Source of the DNA: Candidatus Binataceae bacterium
Lineage (GTDB): Bacteria; Desulfobacterota; Binatia; Binatales; Binataceae
DNA: 64,000 nt
Assembly (NCBI GenBank): GCA_015478645.1
Contig: JADMIL010000007.1
Coordinates: 3,356 to 67,355, forward strand
Direction: 5' to 3'
This document shows positions 27,886-37,246 of the stretch, piece after piece; within the stretch, counting starts at the first letter, position 1; each line of letters begins with the position of its first letter. The notes below the pieces were generated by a model, which worked only from the letters and a program-made list of their open reading frames with translations, was not told the origin of the DNA and ran no database searches. A program made the translations under genes and the position numbers.

Positions 27886-29394
27886 TTACCTCCGCGCCGC
27901 CGCTTCGAACTCGCGGGCGGCGCCGAGCGCGCGGATCATAGCGCGCGCCTTGTTGATCGACTCCTGGAACTCGGCGGCCGGATCGGAATCGGCGACGACG
28001 CCGCCGCCCGCCTGGATATAGACCCGATCGCCCTTGACCAGCAGCGTGCGCAGCGCGATCGCGGTGTCGGTGTTGCCGGTATAGCTGAAGTAGCCGACCG
28101 CGCCGGCGTAAACGCCGCGCCGCACGTTTTCCAGCTCGTCGATAATTTCCATCGCGCGGATTTTCGGCGCGCCCGAGACCGTGCCCTGCGGAAAGGTGGC
28201 GCGAAAGGCGTCGAACGCGTCGCATCCGTCGCGCAGCTCGCCGACCACGTTGGAGACGATATGCATCACGTGCGAATAGCGCTCGACGCCCATCAGCTCG
28301 GTCACCTTGACCGAACCGGTCCTGGCCACGCGGCCAACGTCGTTGCGGCCGAGATCGACCAGCATCACGTGCTCGGCGATCTCCTTGGGATCCGCCAGCA
28401 GCTCGCGCTCGAGCGCCTGATCCTCGGCCTCGGTGGCGCCGCGCGGACGGGTGCCGGCGATCGGGCGCAGCGTGATCTCGCGGCCCTCCGCCCGGACCAT
28501 CGTTTCGGGCGACGCGCCGACCAGCGTGAGATCGCCCAGGCGCACGTAAAACATGTACGGCGACGGGTTGATCGTGCGCAGGCTGCGATAGAGGTTGAAC
28601 GGATGGACGGTCAGCGGCGCCTCGAAGCGCTGCGACGGCACGACCTGGATAATGTCGCCGGCCGCGATGTATTCCTTGGCCGCATCGACCATCGCCAGGT
28701 AGCCCTCGCGGGTCTGGTTAGAGGTGATCTCGATCTCGCCGCGAAGGTCGGGCGCGGGCGGCTCGAGCCGCGGCGCGACTGCGGCCTCGGCCAGCCGCGC
28801 GATGGTCGCGTCGATTTTGGCCTGCGCGCTCAGATAGGCGGTATGGGTCGAAGCGAACTCTTCGAGCGGCACGCTCGCGATAATCTTGAGCGACTGGCGC
28901 ACGTTGTCGAAGACCAGCACCGTATCGGTGAACATCATGCAGAGGTCGGGCACGCCGAGATCGTCATGCGCCGTGGCGGGAATCCGCGGCTCGAAGCAGC
29001 GCACGATATCGTAGGCCAGAAAGCCCACCGCGCCGCCGAAAAAGCGCGGCATCTCGGGCAGCTCGGGCGCGCGCAGGCGCTGCACCTCATGGCGCAGCGC
29101 TTCAAACGAATTGTCGACGTGGCGGGCTTCGATCGCGCGTCCCGGCCTGATCAACTCCATCCGCTTGCCGCGTGCGCGCACCACCAGGGCCGGCTCGGTG
29201 CCAAGGAAGGTATAGCGTCCCCACTTCTCGCCGCCGCGCACGCTCTCGAGCAGAAATGAATAATCGCCGCGCGCAATCTTGAGAAAGGCCGAAACCGGCG
29301 TCTCGAGATCGGCGGCAATCTCGCGGCCCACCGGGATCAGGTTGAAGCCGCGGGCCGCCAGCGCGTCGAAGTCGTGTTCGCTAGGCGTAAGCAT
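27886..29394 (-). CDS. trpE: Anthranilate synthase component I
   Basis: The chorismate-binding-enzyme C-terminal domain ([13 protein letters not shown]; LIPVGRE N-terminus). An ATG at 29394 lies 9 nt after gggagg. The GTG at 29397 is the alternative. Confidence 0.9.
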   Translation of the reverse strand: MLTPSEHDFDALAARGFNLIPVGREIAADLETPVSAFLKIARGDYSFLLESVRGGEKWGRYTFLGTEPALVVRARGKRMELIRPGRAIEARHVDNSFEALRHEVQRLRAPELPEMPRFFGGAVGFLAYDIVRCFEPRIPATAHDDLGVPDLCMMFTDTVLVFDNVRQSLKIIASVPLEEFASTHTAYLSAQAKIDATIARLAEAAVAPRLEPPAPDLRGEIEITSNQTREGYLAMVDAAKEYIAAGDIIQVVPSQRFEAPLTVHPFNLYRSLRTINPSPYMFYVRLGDLTLVGASPETMVRAEGREITLRPIAGTRPRGATEAEDQALERELLADPKEIAEHVMLVDLGRNDVGRVARTGSVKVTELMGVERYSHVMHIVSNVVGELRDGCDAFDAFRATFPQGTVSGAPKIRAMEIIDELENVRRGVYAGAVGYFSYTGNTDTAIALRTLLVKGDRVYIQAGGGVVADSDPAAEFQESINKARAMIRALGAAREFEAAARR

Positions 29395-29446
29395 CACAGT
29401 GAGCCTCCCGGCTCGGCGTCGTTAAGCGGGTGCGGCCGCGCGGCCC

Positions 29447-29486
29447 AAATAAAAAAGGGGCCGCTGGACGTAATGCCCGCGGCCCC
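29447..29486 (-). terminator. trp operon attenuator: Rho-independent terminator upstream of trpE
   Basis: On the minus strand, the stem GGGGCCGC / GCGGCCCC with a 14-nt loop (29457-29486) is followed by UUUUUUAUUU (29456-29447). Confidence 0.7.
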
Positions 29487-29509
29487 TGGAAAATCGGTTT
29501 CGTCGTGGA

Positions 29510-29596
29510 TTACAAAACCGGAGCGCAGGCCAACGCCACGTGGCGCCAACGCCAGTTCGCCCAACTCATCCGGTTTACGCAATCGCTCATCGCCAT
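29510..29596 (-). CDS. trpL: trp leader peptide (28 aa, MAMSDCVNRMSWANWRWRHVALACAPVL) with three Trp codons
   Basis: Read directly. The ATG at 29596 and the TAA at 29512-29510 bound the ORF. Trp codons at positions 12, 15 and 17 lie 23 nt upstream of the terminator stem. Confidence 0.65.
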   Translation of the reverse strand: MAMSDCVNRMSWANWRWRHVALACAPVL

Positions 29597-29624
29597 AGTA
29601 ATAAGCCAGCCGCGCCGCGCTTTG

Positions 29625-30437
29625 TCAATCGGCGGGGGTGGCCGCGGCGCTCGTGCCGCCGTAGGTGCCGTTGTATCTGGTGCGCAATTGCTGCTGCGCG
29701 GCAGCCGCCTCTTGCTGCGTCGCGTACGGACCGACCTCGACCTTGTACCAGGTCTGGCCCGAGAGCTGGGTCGATACGATATGCGGCGTGTAGCCGAGAT
29801 TCTGTAACCGCACGACCATGACTTCGGCGCCGTTGCGATCCATCACCGCCTGGATCTGGATATTGTACGGCCGGCGACGCACCGCGGGACTCGCCGAGGC
29901 GATCGCCGGCGGACTCGCACGATGGGTTGGCGCGGTGGGCGGCGAAGCTTCCGAATCGTCCGCCGAGGTATAGTCGGAGGACGATTCGGCGCTGCCGCGC
30001 GGCGCCGCGGCCGAAGGCGGAATAGTCATTTCGCCGGCGCGCGGCGGCGTTTCATCGGCAATCGCGCCGCCGGTCGGCGCGATTGCTGCGGCCGTGCGCG
30101 CGGGCGCCCTGGCATATCTCGGCTTCGCGATTTTGGCGATTGTGGAGGGCGTTTCCGGCGCCGCGCCGTCCTCGGCTACCGCCGGTGCGGACGGCGCCGC
30201 GGTAGCGGGGGCCGGCGTGCCGCTGACGGCGGCGGGCGGGGCCGACGTGGCCGGCGCAGCCGCGCTTTCCGGCGGCGTCTCGAGCGGATAGGCGGTCGCG
30301 ACCTGCGCCTGGCTCGACTGGCTCTCACGGCCGACGTCGTAGCCGGCCAGCAGGCCCAGCATGAAGACCGTGCCCGACAGCGCGGCGATCGCGAAGACGA
30401 TTGCGGCTATGCCGCCCGATCTGATTTCAAACCGCAT
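29625..30437 (-). CDS. SPOR domain-containing protein (membrane-anchored, with a Pro/Ala-rich linker)
   Basis: An N-terminal TM segment, a low-complexity AP-rich linker and a C-terminal SPOR fold (YNIQIQAV...GYTPHIV...TWYKVEVGPYATQQEA). Confidence 0.75.
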   Translation of the reverse strand: MRFEIRSGGIAAIVFAIAALSGTVFMLGLLAGYDVGRESQSSQAQVATAYPLETPPESAAAPATSAPPAAVSGTPAPATAAPSAPAVAEDGAAPETPSTIAKIAKPRYARAPARTAAAIAPTGGAIADETPPRAGEMTIPPSAAAPRGSAESSSDYTSADDSEASPPTAPTHRASPPAIASASPAVRRRPYNIQIQAVMDRNGAEVMVVRLQNLGYTPHIVSTQLSGQTWYKVEVGPYATQQEAAAAQQQLRTRYNGTYGGTSAAATPAD

Positions 30438-30449
30438 GCCGCCTCACCC

Positions 30450-32126
30450 TCACATTCGATCCGGAGCGCTCACCCCGAGCAGATCCAGCGCGCCCGCCAG
30501 CGCGTTGCGCAACACGCCCATCAGGAACAGCCGCGCGACGCTGAGCGCGGGATCGTCGGGGTTGATTATACGGTTGGCGGGCTTGTTGTAATAGCGATGG
30601 AACTCGCCGGCAAGTTCCAGCAGGGCGAACGGTAGCCGATGCGGCTCGAGCGCCTCGACCGCCCCGGTGACGACTGCGGGCAGGGCGAGGGCGCGCTTGG
30701 CGAGTTCGAGCTCCTCCGGGCCGAGCCGCGCCAGATCGATCGCCGCCGCGTCGGCCGCAAGCGCGATGCCCGCCTTGGCCGCTTCGCGGAAGATGCTGGC
30801 CAGCCGCGCATGCGCGTACTGCACGTAAAAGACCGGATTCTCGGGCGCCTGGCGCTTGGCCAGATCGAGGTCGAAGTCGAGGTGGCTGTCGTGCTTGCGA
30901 AACACAAAAAAGAAGCGCACGACGTCGCTGCCGACCTCCTCGATCAGCTCGTCGAGCGTGACGTAGGTTGCCTTGCGCGTCGACATCTTGACCTTCTCGC
31001 CGGCGCGCGTGAGCGTAACGAACTGGTAGATGATCGCGCGGATCGGCGCGGTGTCGTGGCCCAGCGCCTTGACCGCCGCGATCACGCCGACGTGCTCGGC
31101 GATATGGTCGGCGCCGAACACGTCGACAATCAGATCGAAGCCGCGCTCGAGCTTGTCGACGTGATACGCGATGTCCGGCGTGCGGTAGGTCGGCTCGCCG
31201 GTCGATCGGATCAGCACCTGGTCCTTGGGCAGGCCGAGCTTCGCGCCGACCAGCCATTCGGCGCCGTCGCGGGTGGCCACCAGTTGGCGCTCGCGCAGCG
31301 CGGTCATTACGGCGTCCACGCGGCTTACCGCCGCGCCATCGCGCGGGCGCATCAGATCGAGTTCGTTGGTGAAGACGTCGAACTTGATCGCGAGCGTGGC
31401 GCAGGTCTGGTTGATGCCGGCGAAAATTTCGCTCACGGCGGCCTGGATGAAAATCGCCAGATCGGTCCGCTCGGCCAGCGCGGGTCCATGCTGTTCGACC
31501 AGTTTGCGCGCGATGTCGCGGATATATTCGCCCTGGTAGCCGTCCTCCGGCAGTTCGGCGTCGCGGCCAAGTTCGTTCAGATAGCGCACGCGCACCGACT
31601 CGCCGAGCAGCTTCATCTGGCGCCCGCCGTCGTTAAAATAGTATTCGCGCGTGACGGCAAAGCCGGTCGCTTCGAACAGCCGCGCGAGGGTATCGCCGAG
31701 CACCGCGTTGCGGCCGTGGCCGACGGTCAGCGGTCCGGTCGGATTGGCGGAAAGAAATTCGACCTGCACGCGCCGGCCGTGGCCGATTTGCGGGCGCATC
31801 AAGGCCGCGCCGCGCGCCGCCGCGCCGCGCAATTCGCCATGCCAGTAGGCCGGCGCCATGCGAAAATTTATGAAGCCCGGACCGGCAATCGTCACCTCGA
31901 CGATCTCCGGCGGCAATTGGATGTGGCGCCTGATGATTTCCGCGATTACCCTGGGCGGCTGGCCCTCGGCGCGCGCCAGCACCAGCGCAAGGTTGCTCGC
32001 GGCGTCGCCGTGCGCGGGGTCTTTGGGCGCTTCGATCGCGACCGCGGCGGCCGGCGACTTCAGTTCGCCCGCCGCATGGGCCCGCGCGAGCGCGGCGATC
32101 AGGATCGGTACGATCAGTTCGTTCAT
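30450..32126 (-). CDS. argS: Arginine--tRNA ligase
   Basis: The class I motif HIGH (VGHGRN) and an Arg-tRNA-synthetase N-terminal domain (AGPGFINF). The ATG at 32126 (MNELIVP) is preferred over the TTG at 32144. Confidence 0.9.
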   Translation of the reverse strand: MNELIVPILIAALARAHAAGELKSPAAAVAIEAPKDPAHGDAASNLALVLARAEGQPPRVIAEIIRRHIQLPPEIVEVTIAGPGFINFRMAPAYWHGELRGAAARGAALMRPQIGHGRRVQVEFLSANPTGPLTVGHGRNAVLGDTLARLFEATGFAVTREYYFNDGGRQMKLLGESVRVRYLNELGRDAELPEDGYQGEYIRDIARKLVEQHGPALAERTDLAIFIQAAVSEIFAGINQTCATLAIKFDVFTNELDLMRPRDGAAVSRVDAVMTALRERQLVATRDGAEWLVGAKLGLPKDQVLIRSTGEPTYRTPDIAYHVDKLERGFDLIVDVFGADHIAEHVGVIAAVKALGHDTAPIRAIIYQFVTLTRAGEKVKMSTRKATYVTLDELIEEVGSDVVRFFFVFRKHDSHLDFDLDLAKRQAPENPVFYVQYAHARLASIFREAAKAGIALAADAAAIDLARLGPEELELAKRALALPAVVTGAVEALEPHRLPFALLELAGEFHRYYNKPANRIINPDDPALSVARLFLMGVLRNALAGALDLLGVSAPDRM

Positions 32127-32313
32127 TGGTGATTTAACGATCAATGGTGCCAGATGCCGGCGATGCAGGGTAGGGGGCGCGCTCCGGGCGTGCCAAGGCG
32201 GCCGATGGCGCGGCGCTGACGGCGCGCGGCGCTTTCATGCTAAGCACCGCGCTGGCATCTAATTATGGCTGAGTCGTCCGGCGTCGGCGATCTCGGCGAT
32301 CAGGGAGCAACGC

Positions 32314-33096
32314 ATGGAACTTGGACTGGCGGGCAAGGTCGCAATCGTTACTGGTGGCAGCAAGGGTATCGGCCGCGCCACCGCGCTCGGCCTGATTGCC
32401 GAGGGTGCGTCGGTCCTGATCTGCGCGCGCGGCCAGGCGGCGCTCGATGAAGTGGTCGCAGCGGCCGGCGCGGGCGCGCACGGACGGCTCGAGACCTGCG
32501 TCGCCGACCTGACCGATGGCGCGGCGATCCGGCAGGTCGTCACGCGCTGCGTCGATCTGTTCGATCGCATCGATATCCTGGTCAACAACGCGGGCAGTGC
32601 GCGCGTCGGCGAGTTCCTCAAGCTCGACGATCAGGCCTGGCTCGACGATTGGCAATTGAAGTTTTTTGGCTACGTGCGGATGGCCCGCGAGGTGCTGCCG
32701 CAAATGGAGCGCAAGGGCGGCGGCGTGATCATCAATATCATCGGCGCGGCGGCGCTCAACCCGCGCCACAGCTATATGATCGGCGGCGCCGCCAACGCCG
32801 CGCTCAACCATTTCACCAAGGCGCTGGCCGACGAGGGCGGCAAGCTCGGGGTGCGCGTCGTGGGGATAAATCCGGGACCGATTCTGACCGAACGGCTGCT
32901 CAAGATGCGCACCGGGCTGATGCCGTCGGCGGCGGCGGCTGATGAGGCGTTTCGCAAGATGACGCCACTCGGGCGCGTCGGCAAGGCGACCGAGGTCGCC
33001 GACCTGGTGCTCTTTCTAGCCTCCGATCGCGCCGGCTTTATCCACGGCGCGAATATCACGATCGACGGCGGCTACACCCAGGGCCTTATGGGATGA
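32314..33096 (+). CDS. SDR family oxidoreductase (short-chain dehydrogenase/reductase)
   Basis: The motif TGGSKGIGRA (TGxxxGIG), the NNAG motif and an agggag RBS. Confidence 0.85.
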   Translation: MELGLAGKVAIVTGGSKGIGRATALGLIAEGASVLICARGQAALDEVVAAAGAGAHGRLETCVADLTDGAAIRQVVTRCVDLFDRIDILVNNAGSARVGEFLKLDDQAWLDDWQLKFFGYVRMAREVLPQMERKGGGVIINIIGAAALNPRHSYMIGGAANAALNHFTKALADEGGKLGVRVVGINPGPILTERLLKMRTGLMPSAAAADEAFRKMTPLGRVGKATEVADLVLFLASDRAGFIHGANITIDGGYTQGLMG

Positions 33097-33100
33097 CGGG

Positions 33101-33544
33101 CTATGGCTTGAACCATTCGGCCGATCGCGCCAGCGTCGGGTAGCCCGAGCCGATCTGGATCAGGACGCCGTGACTCGCGCGCGGCGAGATGAACGCCTCG
33201 TACGAGTCGGGTGCGAACTCGCGCTCGTCGACCATGCGCAGGCCGTCGGCCTTCATTTGGGTAATTTTTTCTTTCGCATTCGGCACGTCGAACGTCAGAT
33301 GGTGCAGCCCCTCGCCGCGCTTTTCCAGAAACGCGTGGAGAAACGACTTCTCGCCCAACGGTTCGAGCAGCTCAAAGGTCGTTCCATTCAGATCGAGTTC
33401 GATCAGCCGATACCCGGCTGCGCGATTTTCATGTTCATAAAGAAAGCGCGCGCCGAGCACGCCCTCGAAGAACTTGCGCGCCTCGCTGAGGCTCTTCACG
33501 GCTATGCCGATGTGGTCGAGTTTACCGATGGGTTCGTTGGCCAT
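33101..33544 (-). CDS. VOC family protein (methylmalonyl-CoA epimerase / glyoxalase-like)
   Basis: A glyoxalase-fold N-terminus (LDHIGIAV) and the motif GLHHLTF. An ATG at 33544. Confidence 0.7.
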   Translation of the reverse strand: MANEPIGKLDHIGIAVKSLSEARKFFEGVLGARFLYEHENRAAGYRLIELDLNGTTFELLEPLGEKSFLHAFLEKRGEGLHHLTFDVPNAKEKITQMKADGLRMVDEREFAPDSYEAFISPRASHGVLIQIGSGYPTLARSAEWFKP

Positions 33545-33633
33545 GCGCGGCGCCTCAACGCCTGCGCGCAATTTAGGGGCGTGGCGGACCGATCGTCAAG
33601 CGCGCCTTGCACGGCGCGGCAAAAGCGCGCATC

Positions 33634-33748
33634 TAGGAAACCTCTGCACCAGGCTCTGCGGTCACCCTGAGCGCAGCGAAGAATCCCGGATCCAGGACCC
33701 CTTCGCTTCGCTCAGGGTGACCGCAGAGCCTGGTGCAGAGGTTCCCTA
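33634..33748. repeat. Nested palindromic intergenic repeat, copy B (~115 bp with ~48-bp inverted arms)
   Basis: The left arm is taggaaacctctgcaccaggctctgcggtcaccctgagcgcagcgaag. The right arm is its near-perfect reverse complement around a ~20-nt centre. It is related to copies at 488-575 and 50696-50809. Confidence 0.65.
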
Positions 33749-33754
33749 GCGCCT

Positions 33755-34231
33755 ATGCCAGTGGTCCCGTGGAAAATGCCGCCGATTGCCAAAGTTTACG
33801 AGGCGCTCGGCGCGGTCGGTGACGGCCGGGTCGAGATAGTCGACGCCGCCCGCGCCATGGTCGCCTCGTCCGACGGCGCCAGGCGCTATGAAGTGACGAT
33901 TTCCGCTGACGGCCGCGAGGTCTCGTCCAACGACAACGCGTCGTTCTGGCAGGGTTATCTCGGCTATCCGGCGATCGCCGTGATGATCGTGCGCGGGCTG
34001 ATCGGACGGCCCGCGGAGGCGATCAGCGCGCTGGCCGGCGTGCCGTGGAAGCAACTGAACACGCGCTATCGCAATGATTACGACCGCACGCTGGACGACG
34101 CGCTCGCCCGCGCCGCGGCGCGCGGCTTCGACCCGGCCGCGATTCGCGCGGCCGCCGCCGCGACTCTCGAGGAGTTGCGCGCGCTGGCTCCGCTGCGCGG
34201 GCCGCGCCGTGCGCCGCCGCGCGCGCAATAG
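33755..34231 (+). CDS. Hypothetical protein (158 aa)
   Basis: The ORF has GC3-rich codon usage. No recognisable motif. The start abuts the right arm of repeat copy B. Confidence 0.4.
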   Translation: MPVVPWKMPPIAKVYEALGAVGDGRVEIVDAARAMVASSDGARRYEVTISADGREVSSNDNASFWQGYLGYPAIAVMIVRGLIGRPAEAISALAGVPWKQLNTRYRNDYDRTLDDALARAAARGFDPAAIRAAAAATLEELRALAPLRGPRRAPPRAQ

Positions 34232-34240
34232 TCCGCCGGC

Positions 34241-34765
34241 TCAATACTGGCGATGCGCCCGCCACGATCCGCCTTCGAGGATCGCGCCGCCGTTGTAGCA
34301 GGTATAGCCGCCGTTCACGTCGCCGTTGGGCGTGCGTCCGGTGAACACGCACGAGCTGCCGTCGGGCATCTGCACCCGCATCGTGATCTGCGTGCCGCTG
34401 AGCGTGGCCCGGACGATCTTGCCGGTCTCATTCATGTTGTAGCAATTTTGCGTCAAATAGGCGCAGCGGTAGAAACCGCCCAATCCCTTGTCGCCCTGGA
34501 TCAGCGTGAGCGTCACGTCCTGCTGCGCGTTGCATCGGCTGGCCGACGAGGTATTGCAACTCGCCAGCGTCGTCCCCTGCCAGACGCCGACCACGCCGTT
34601 GGCGCCGGGCTTGTCCGCCTGGGTGCCGGCCGGCGGTGCGACCGCGGTCGCGGGAGCCGTGTAGCCGCCGTCACGGCCGGGTCCGGTAGAGCATCCCGCG
34701 GCGCCGGCGATCATCGCCAGTAGCGTCAATCCGCCTAATCTAATGCGTAATGATAATCGTCCCAT
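34241..34765 (-). CDS. Cys-rich lipoprotein, tandem paralog 1
   Basis: A signal peptide with lipobox LLAMIAGAAGC and a gagagg RBS. It shares GVWQG...YRCAY..Q.C..MNETG..TMRV..DGS.C.FTG...GGY.C..GG.I.EG with the downstream paralog. Confidence 0.6.
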   Translation of the reverse strand: MGRLSLRIRLGGLTLLAMIAGAAGCSTGPGRDGGYTAPATAVAPPAGTQADKPGANGVVGVWQGTTLASCNTSSASRCNAQQDVTLTLIQGDKGLGGFYRCAYLTQNCYNMNETGKIVRATLSGTQITMRVQMPDGSSCVFTGRTPNGDVNGGYTCYNGGAILEGGSWRAHRQY

Positions 34766-34790
34766 TAATCACCGCCTCTCGGTTTCCGCT

Positions 34791-35300
34791 TCAGTAACTG
34801 CGCCGGGTCTGAAACTCGCCCTGCTCGATAATGCCGCCGCCCTGCAGGCACTCGTAGCCGCCGGCGAATCGCTCGCCCTCGGGCACGCCGGTAAAGAAAC
34901 ACATCGAGCCGTCTTCCAGCATCACCCGCATAGTAAGCCGATTATGGCTCAGACGGCCATGCCGGATTATGCCGGTCTCGTTCATGTGGCGGCAGACCTG
35001 GTTGCCGTAGGCGCAACGGTAATAGCCCGAGACGATTTCGCCCTGCTGAAACATCGTGAGCGTAATGTTCTGCATCGCCGCGATGCGTCCTGGGTCGGAC
35101 GGATCGCCGACCGAAGTCGAGACGCTGATGCCTTGCCATACTCCGCTCAGGGCGCTGTCGGCGGCGGCCATGCGCGCAGTCGCAGGGCCGGTTGACGCAC
35201 CGGCCAGGCGCGCCGCATCGGGCGATGCGGCGGCGCATCCGATCGTCGTGGCGACGAGCATCGCGAGCGCGATCATACCGGCCGTGGCACGGATCGTCAT
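34791..35300 (-). CDS. Cys-rich lipoprotein, tandem paralog 2
   Basis: A signal peptide with lipobox VATTIGC and a ggaggg RBS. It conserves the same Cys pattern as the paralog at 34241-34765. Confidence 0.6.
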   Translation of the reverse strand: MTIRATAGMIALAMLVATTIGCAAASPDAARLAGASTGPATARMAAADSALSGVWQGISVSTSVGDPSDPGRIAAMQNITLTMFQQGEIVSGYYRCAYGNQVCRHMNETGIIRHGRLSHNRLTMRVMLEDGSMCFFTGVPEGERFAGGYECLQGGGIIEQGEFQTRRSY

Positions 35301-35430
35301 GTGGAACCCTCCGGCGAACCTTCGGGTGCGTCCGCGCGGCGCGGTCGCCGTGGCAATTAACCGTGCAGAGCGCGGAGGCGGGTGTGATCGCGAATTTAGG
35401 AACCGCGGGTCGCGGGGTCAATAGGGAATT

Positions 35431-36975
35431 TCAGAGCGCGCCGGATAGGGGCTTCGCGGCTCTGGCGGTGGCGGCGCCTGGCGCCTGATCGCCAAGCTCG
35501 CCAGCCGCGATGGCGGGCCGTTCCATCAAGGCGATCAGGCTCAGTGCCGGCGTTGGCAGGTGCGCTTCGATCCGGCGAAACAGTGGCGTCAGCCAATTGA
35601 GCATCTGCACCTGGAAGCGCCCAAAATGAGTCCGCTTGAGTAATTTACCGTTGAGCCACCAGGCGAAGCAGCCGCTGCGGTTGAACGGGATCACCTTGAC
35701 CACGAGCAGCCCGCAAGCGCGGCCCAGTTCAGTCAATGACGCTTCGGTATAGCGGCGCTTATGGCCCAGTACCTCGTCGAGCGTGCCGAACAGCCCGGGG
35801 CCGTTCGGCACCAATACGATCGCGCGCCCACCCGGCCGCAGCGCCGCCTTGATATTGAGCAGCGCCGCCCGATCGTCATCGACATGTTCGACCACGTTGA
35901 GACAGATGACGGTATCGAAACCCCGCTCGAGGTCGGGAAAGGTCGCGACCTCGGTCACGTCGCAGTACGAGACGTCGAGGTACGGATGGTCCTCGCGCAG
36001 CGCGCGCAAACTGTCGAGGTAAAGCGGGTTTATATCGCTCGCGACGTAGTGCTCGCGCGGGATCATCTGGCGCGTGAGATTGCCGACGCCGCTGCCTATC
36101 TCGAGCACCCGCTGGCCGCAGAACGGCCGAATCACTTCCGCCATCCAGCGGTTGTAGCGCGGCGCCCGCGACAGGCGCGCCAGGATCTGGCTGCCGAATT
36201 GGTCAAGCCGGTAGATGTTGTCGCTCGCGGCGAATCTGAAAATCGCCACCAATGCGCCGAGCCCGTCGCGCCAGCCGATCTTTTTGCCCTCGGCATAGGT
36301 GCGGCCGCGATAGCTAATCGGGATCTCGAAAATCCGCGCACCGCGTTTCGCCAGTTTGATACTTAATTCGATCTCGATGCGGAAATCGTTGCTCTGGAGC
36401 GGAATCGATTTTAACAGGTCGGTGCGGATTGCCTTGTAGCAGGTCTCGACGTCGGTGAAGTTGACGTTGGAGGCGAGATTACACAAAAACGTGATCAGCT
36501 TGTTGCCGAGTTGATGCCGGTACATCAGGACGCGCCGCACTGAGCCGCCCGCGAACCGCGAACCGAATACCGCGTCGGCCTCTTCGGTCGCGAAGATCTC
36601 GACGATCCGCAGAATATCCCGCGGCTGATATTCCAGGTCGCTGTCGTGGATGATGCTGACCGTGCCGGTCGCCTCGCGCAGCGCGGTCTCGATCGCTTTG
36701 CCCTTGCCGGCATTGCGCGGATGACGCAGGAAGGTCCACGACATCTTCGCCTCGCCACCGTCGGCGTCGCGCCCCGCCTGTTCCTGGCGGAACGCCTCGA
36801 GCGCGGCCGGCGTACCGTCATGCGAGCCGTCGTCGACCACGATCACTTCGATGCGCGTGAGATGGAGGCTACTCTCGAGCACGCGCAACCGCCGCAGCGA
36901 AGCCGCTACCAGGTGCTCTTCGTTGTAGACCGGCACGAGGACCGCAAGACTCAACGTGGGAGCGGCGGCATTCAT
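35431..36975 (-). CDS. Glycosyltransferase family 2 - class I SAM-dependent methyltransferase fusion protein
   Basis: The N-terminal GT2 fold (LVPVYNEE...VVDDGSHDGT...DSDLE) and the C-terminal MTase motif I (VLEIGSGVGNL). Confidence 0.8.
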   Translation of the reverse strand: MNAAAPTLSLAVLVPVYNEEHLVAASLRRLRVLESSLHLTRIEVIVVDDGSHDGTPAALEAFRQEQAGRDADGGEAKMSWTFLRHPRNAGKGKAIETALREATGTVSIIHDSDLEYQPRDILRIVEIFATEEADAVFGSRFAGGSVRRVLMYRHQLGNKLITFLCNLASNVNFTDVETCYKAIRTDLLKSIPLQSNDFRIEIELSIKLAKRGARIFEIPISYRGRTYAEGKKIGWRDGLGALVAIFRFAASDNIYRLDQFGSQILARLSRAPRYNRWMAEVIRPFCGQRVLEIGSGVGNLTRQMIPREHYVASDINPLYLDSLRALREDHPYLDVSYCDVTEVATFPDLERGFDTVICLNVVEHVDDDRAALLNIKAALRPGGRAIVLVPNGPGLFGTLDEVLGHKRRYTEASLTELGRACGLLVVKVIPFNRSGCFAWWLNGKLLKRTHFGRFQVQMLNWLTPLFRRIEAHLPTPALSLIALMERPAIAAGELGDQAPGAATARAAKPLSGAL

Positions 36976-37246
36976 CGGCGGGTGGGCTTCAACTCGAGCT
37001 CTTCCGGATGCGGGTCAGCACACGCGTTCGGCGCGGCGCCCGGATCGCGCCGCGTTCGCGATCCGCATTAGACGGGGCTTCCTTATGTAAGGCTGGATGA
37101 ATTTCGGGCGGACGATCCGATTGCATAAAAACGACTGAGCGCCGGCCATCGCGCTATGCGGGATGCCCGCAGCGTCGCGAAAAGCCGTGGCTGCCGCCTG
37201 GACGGCGGATGTTGGCGCCAACCGTCGGCCGCGCGCGGCCAGCCGT

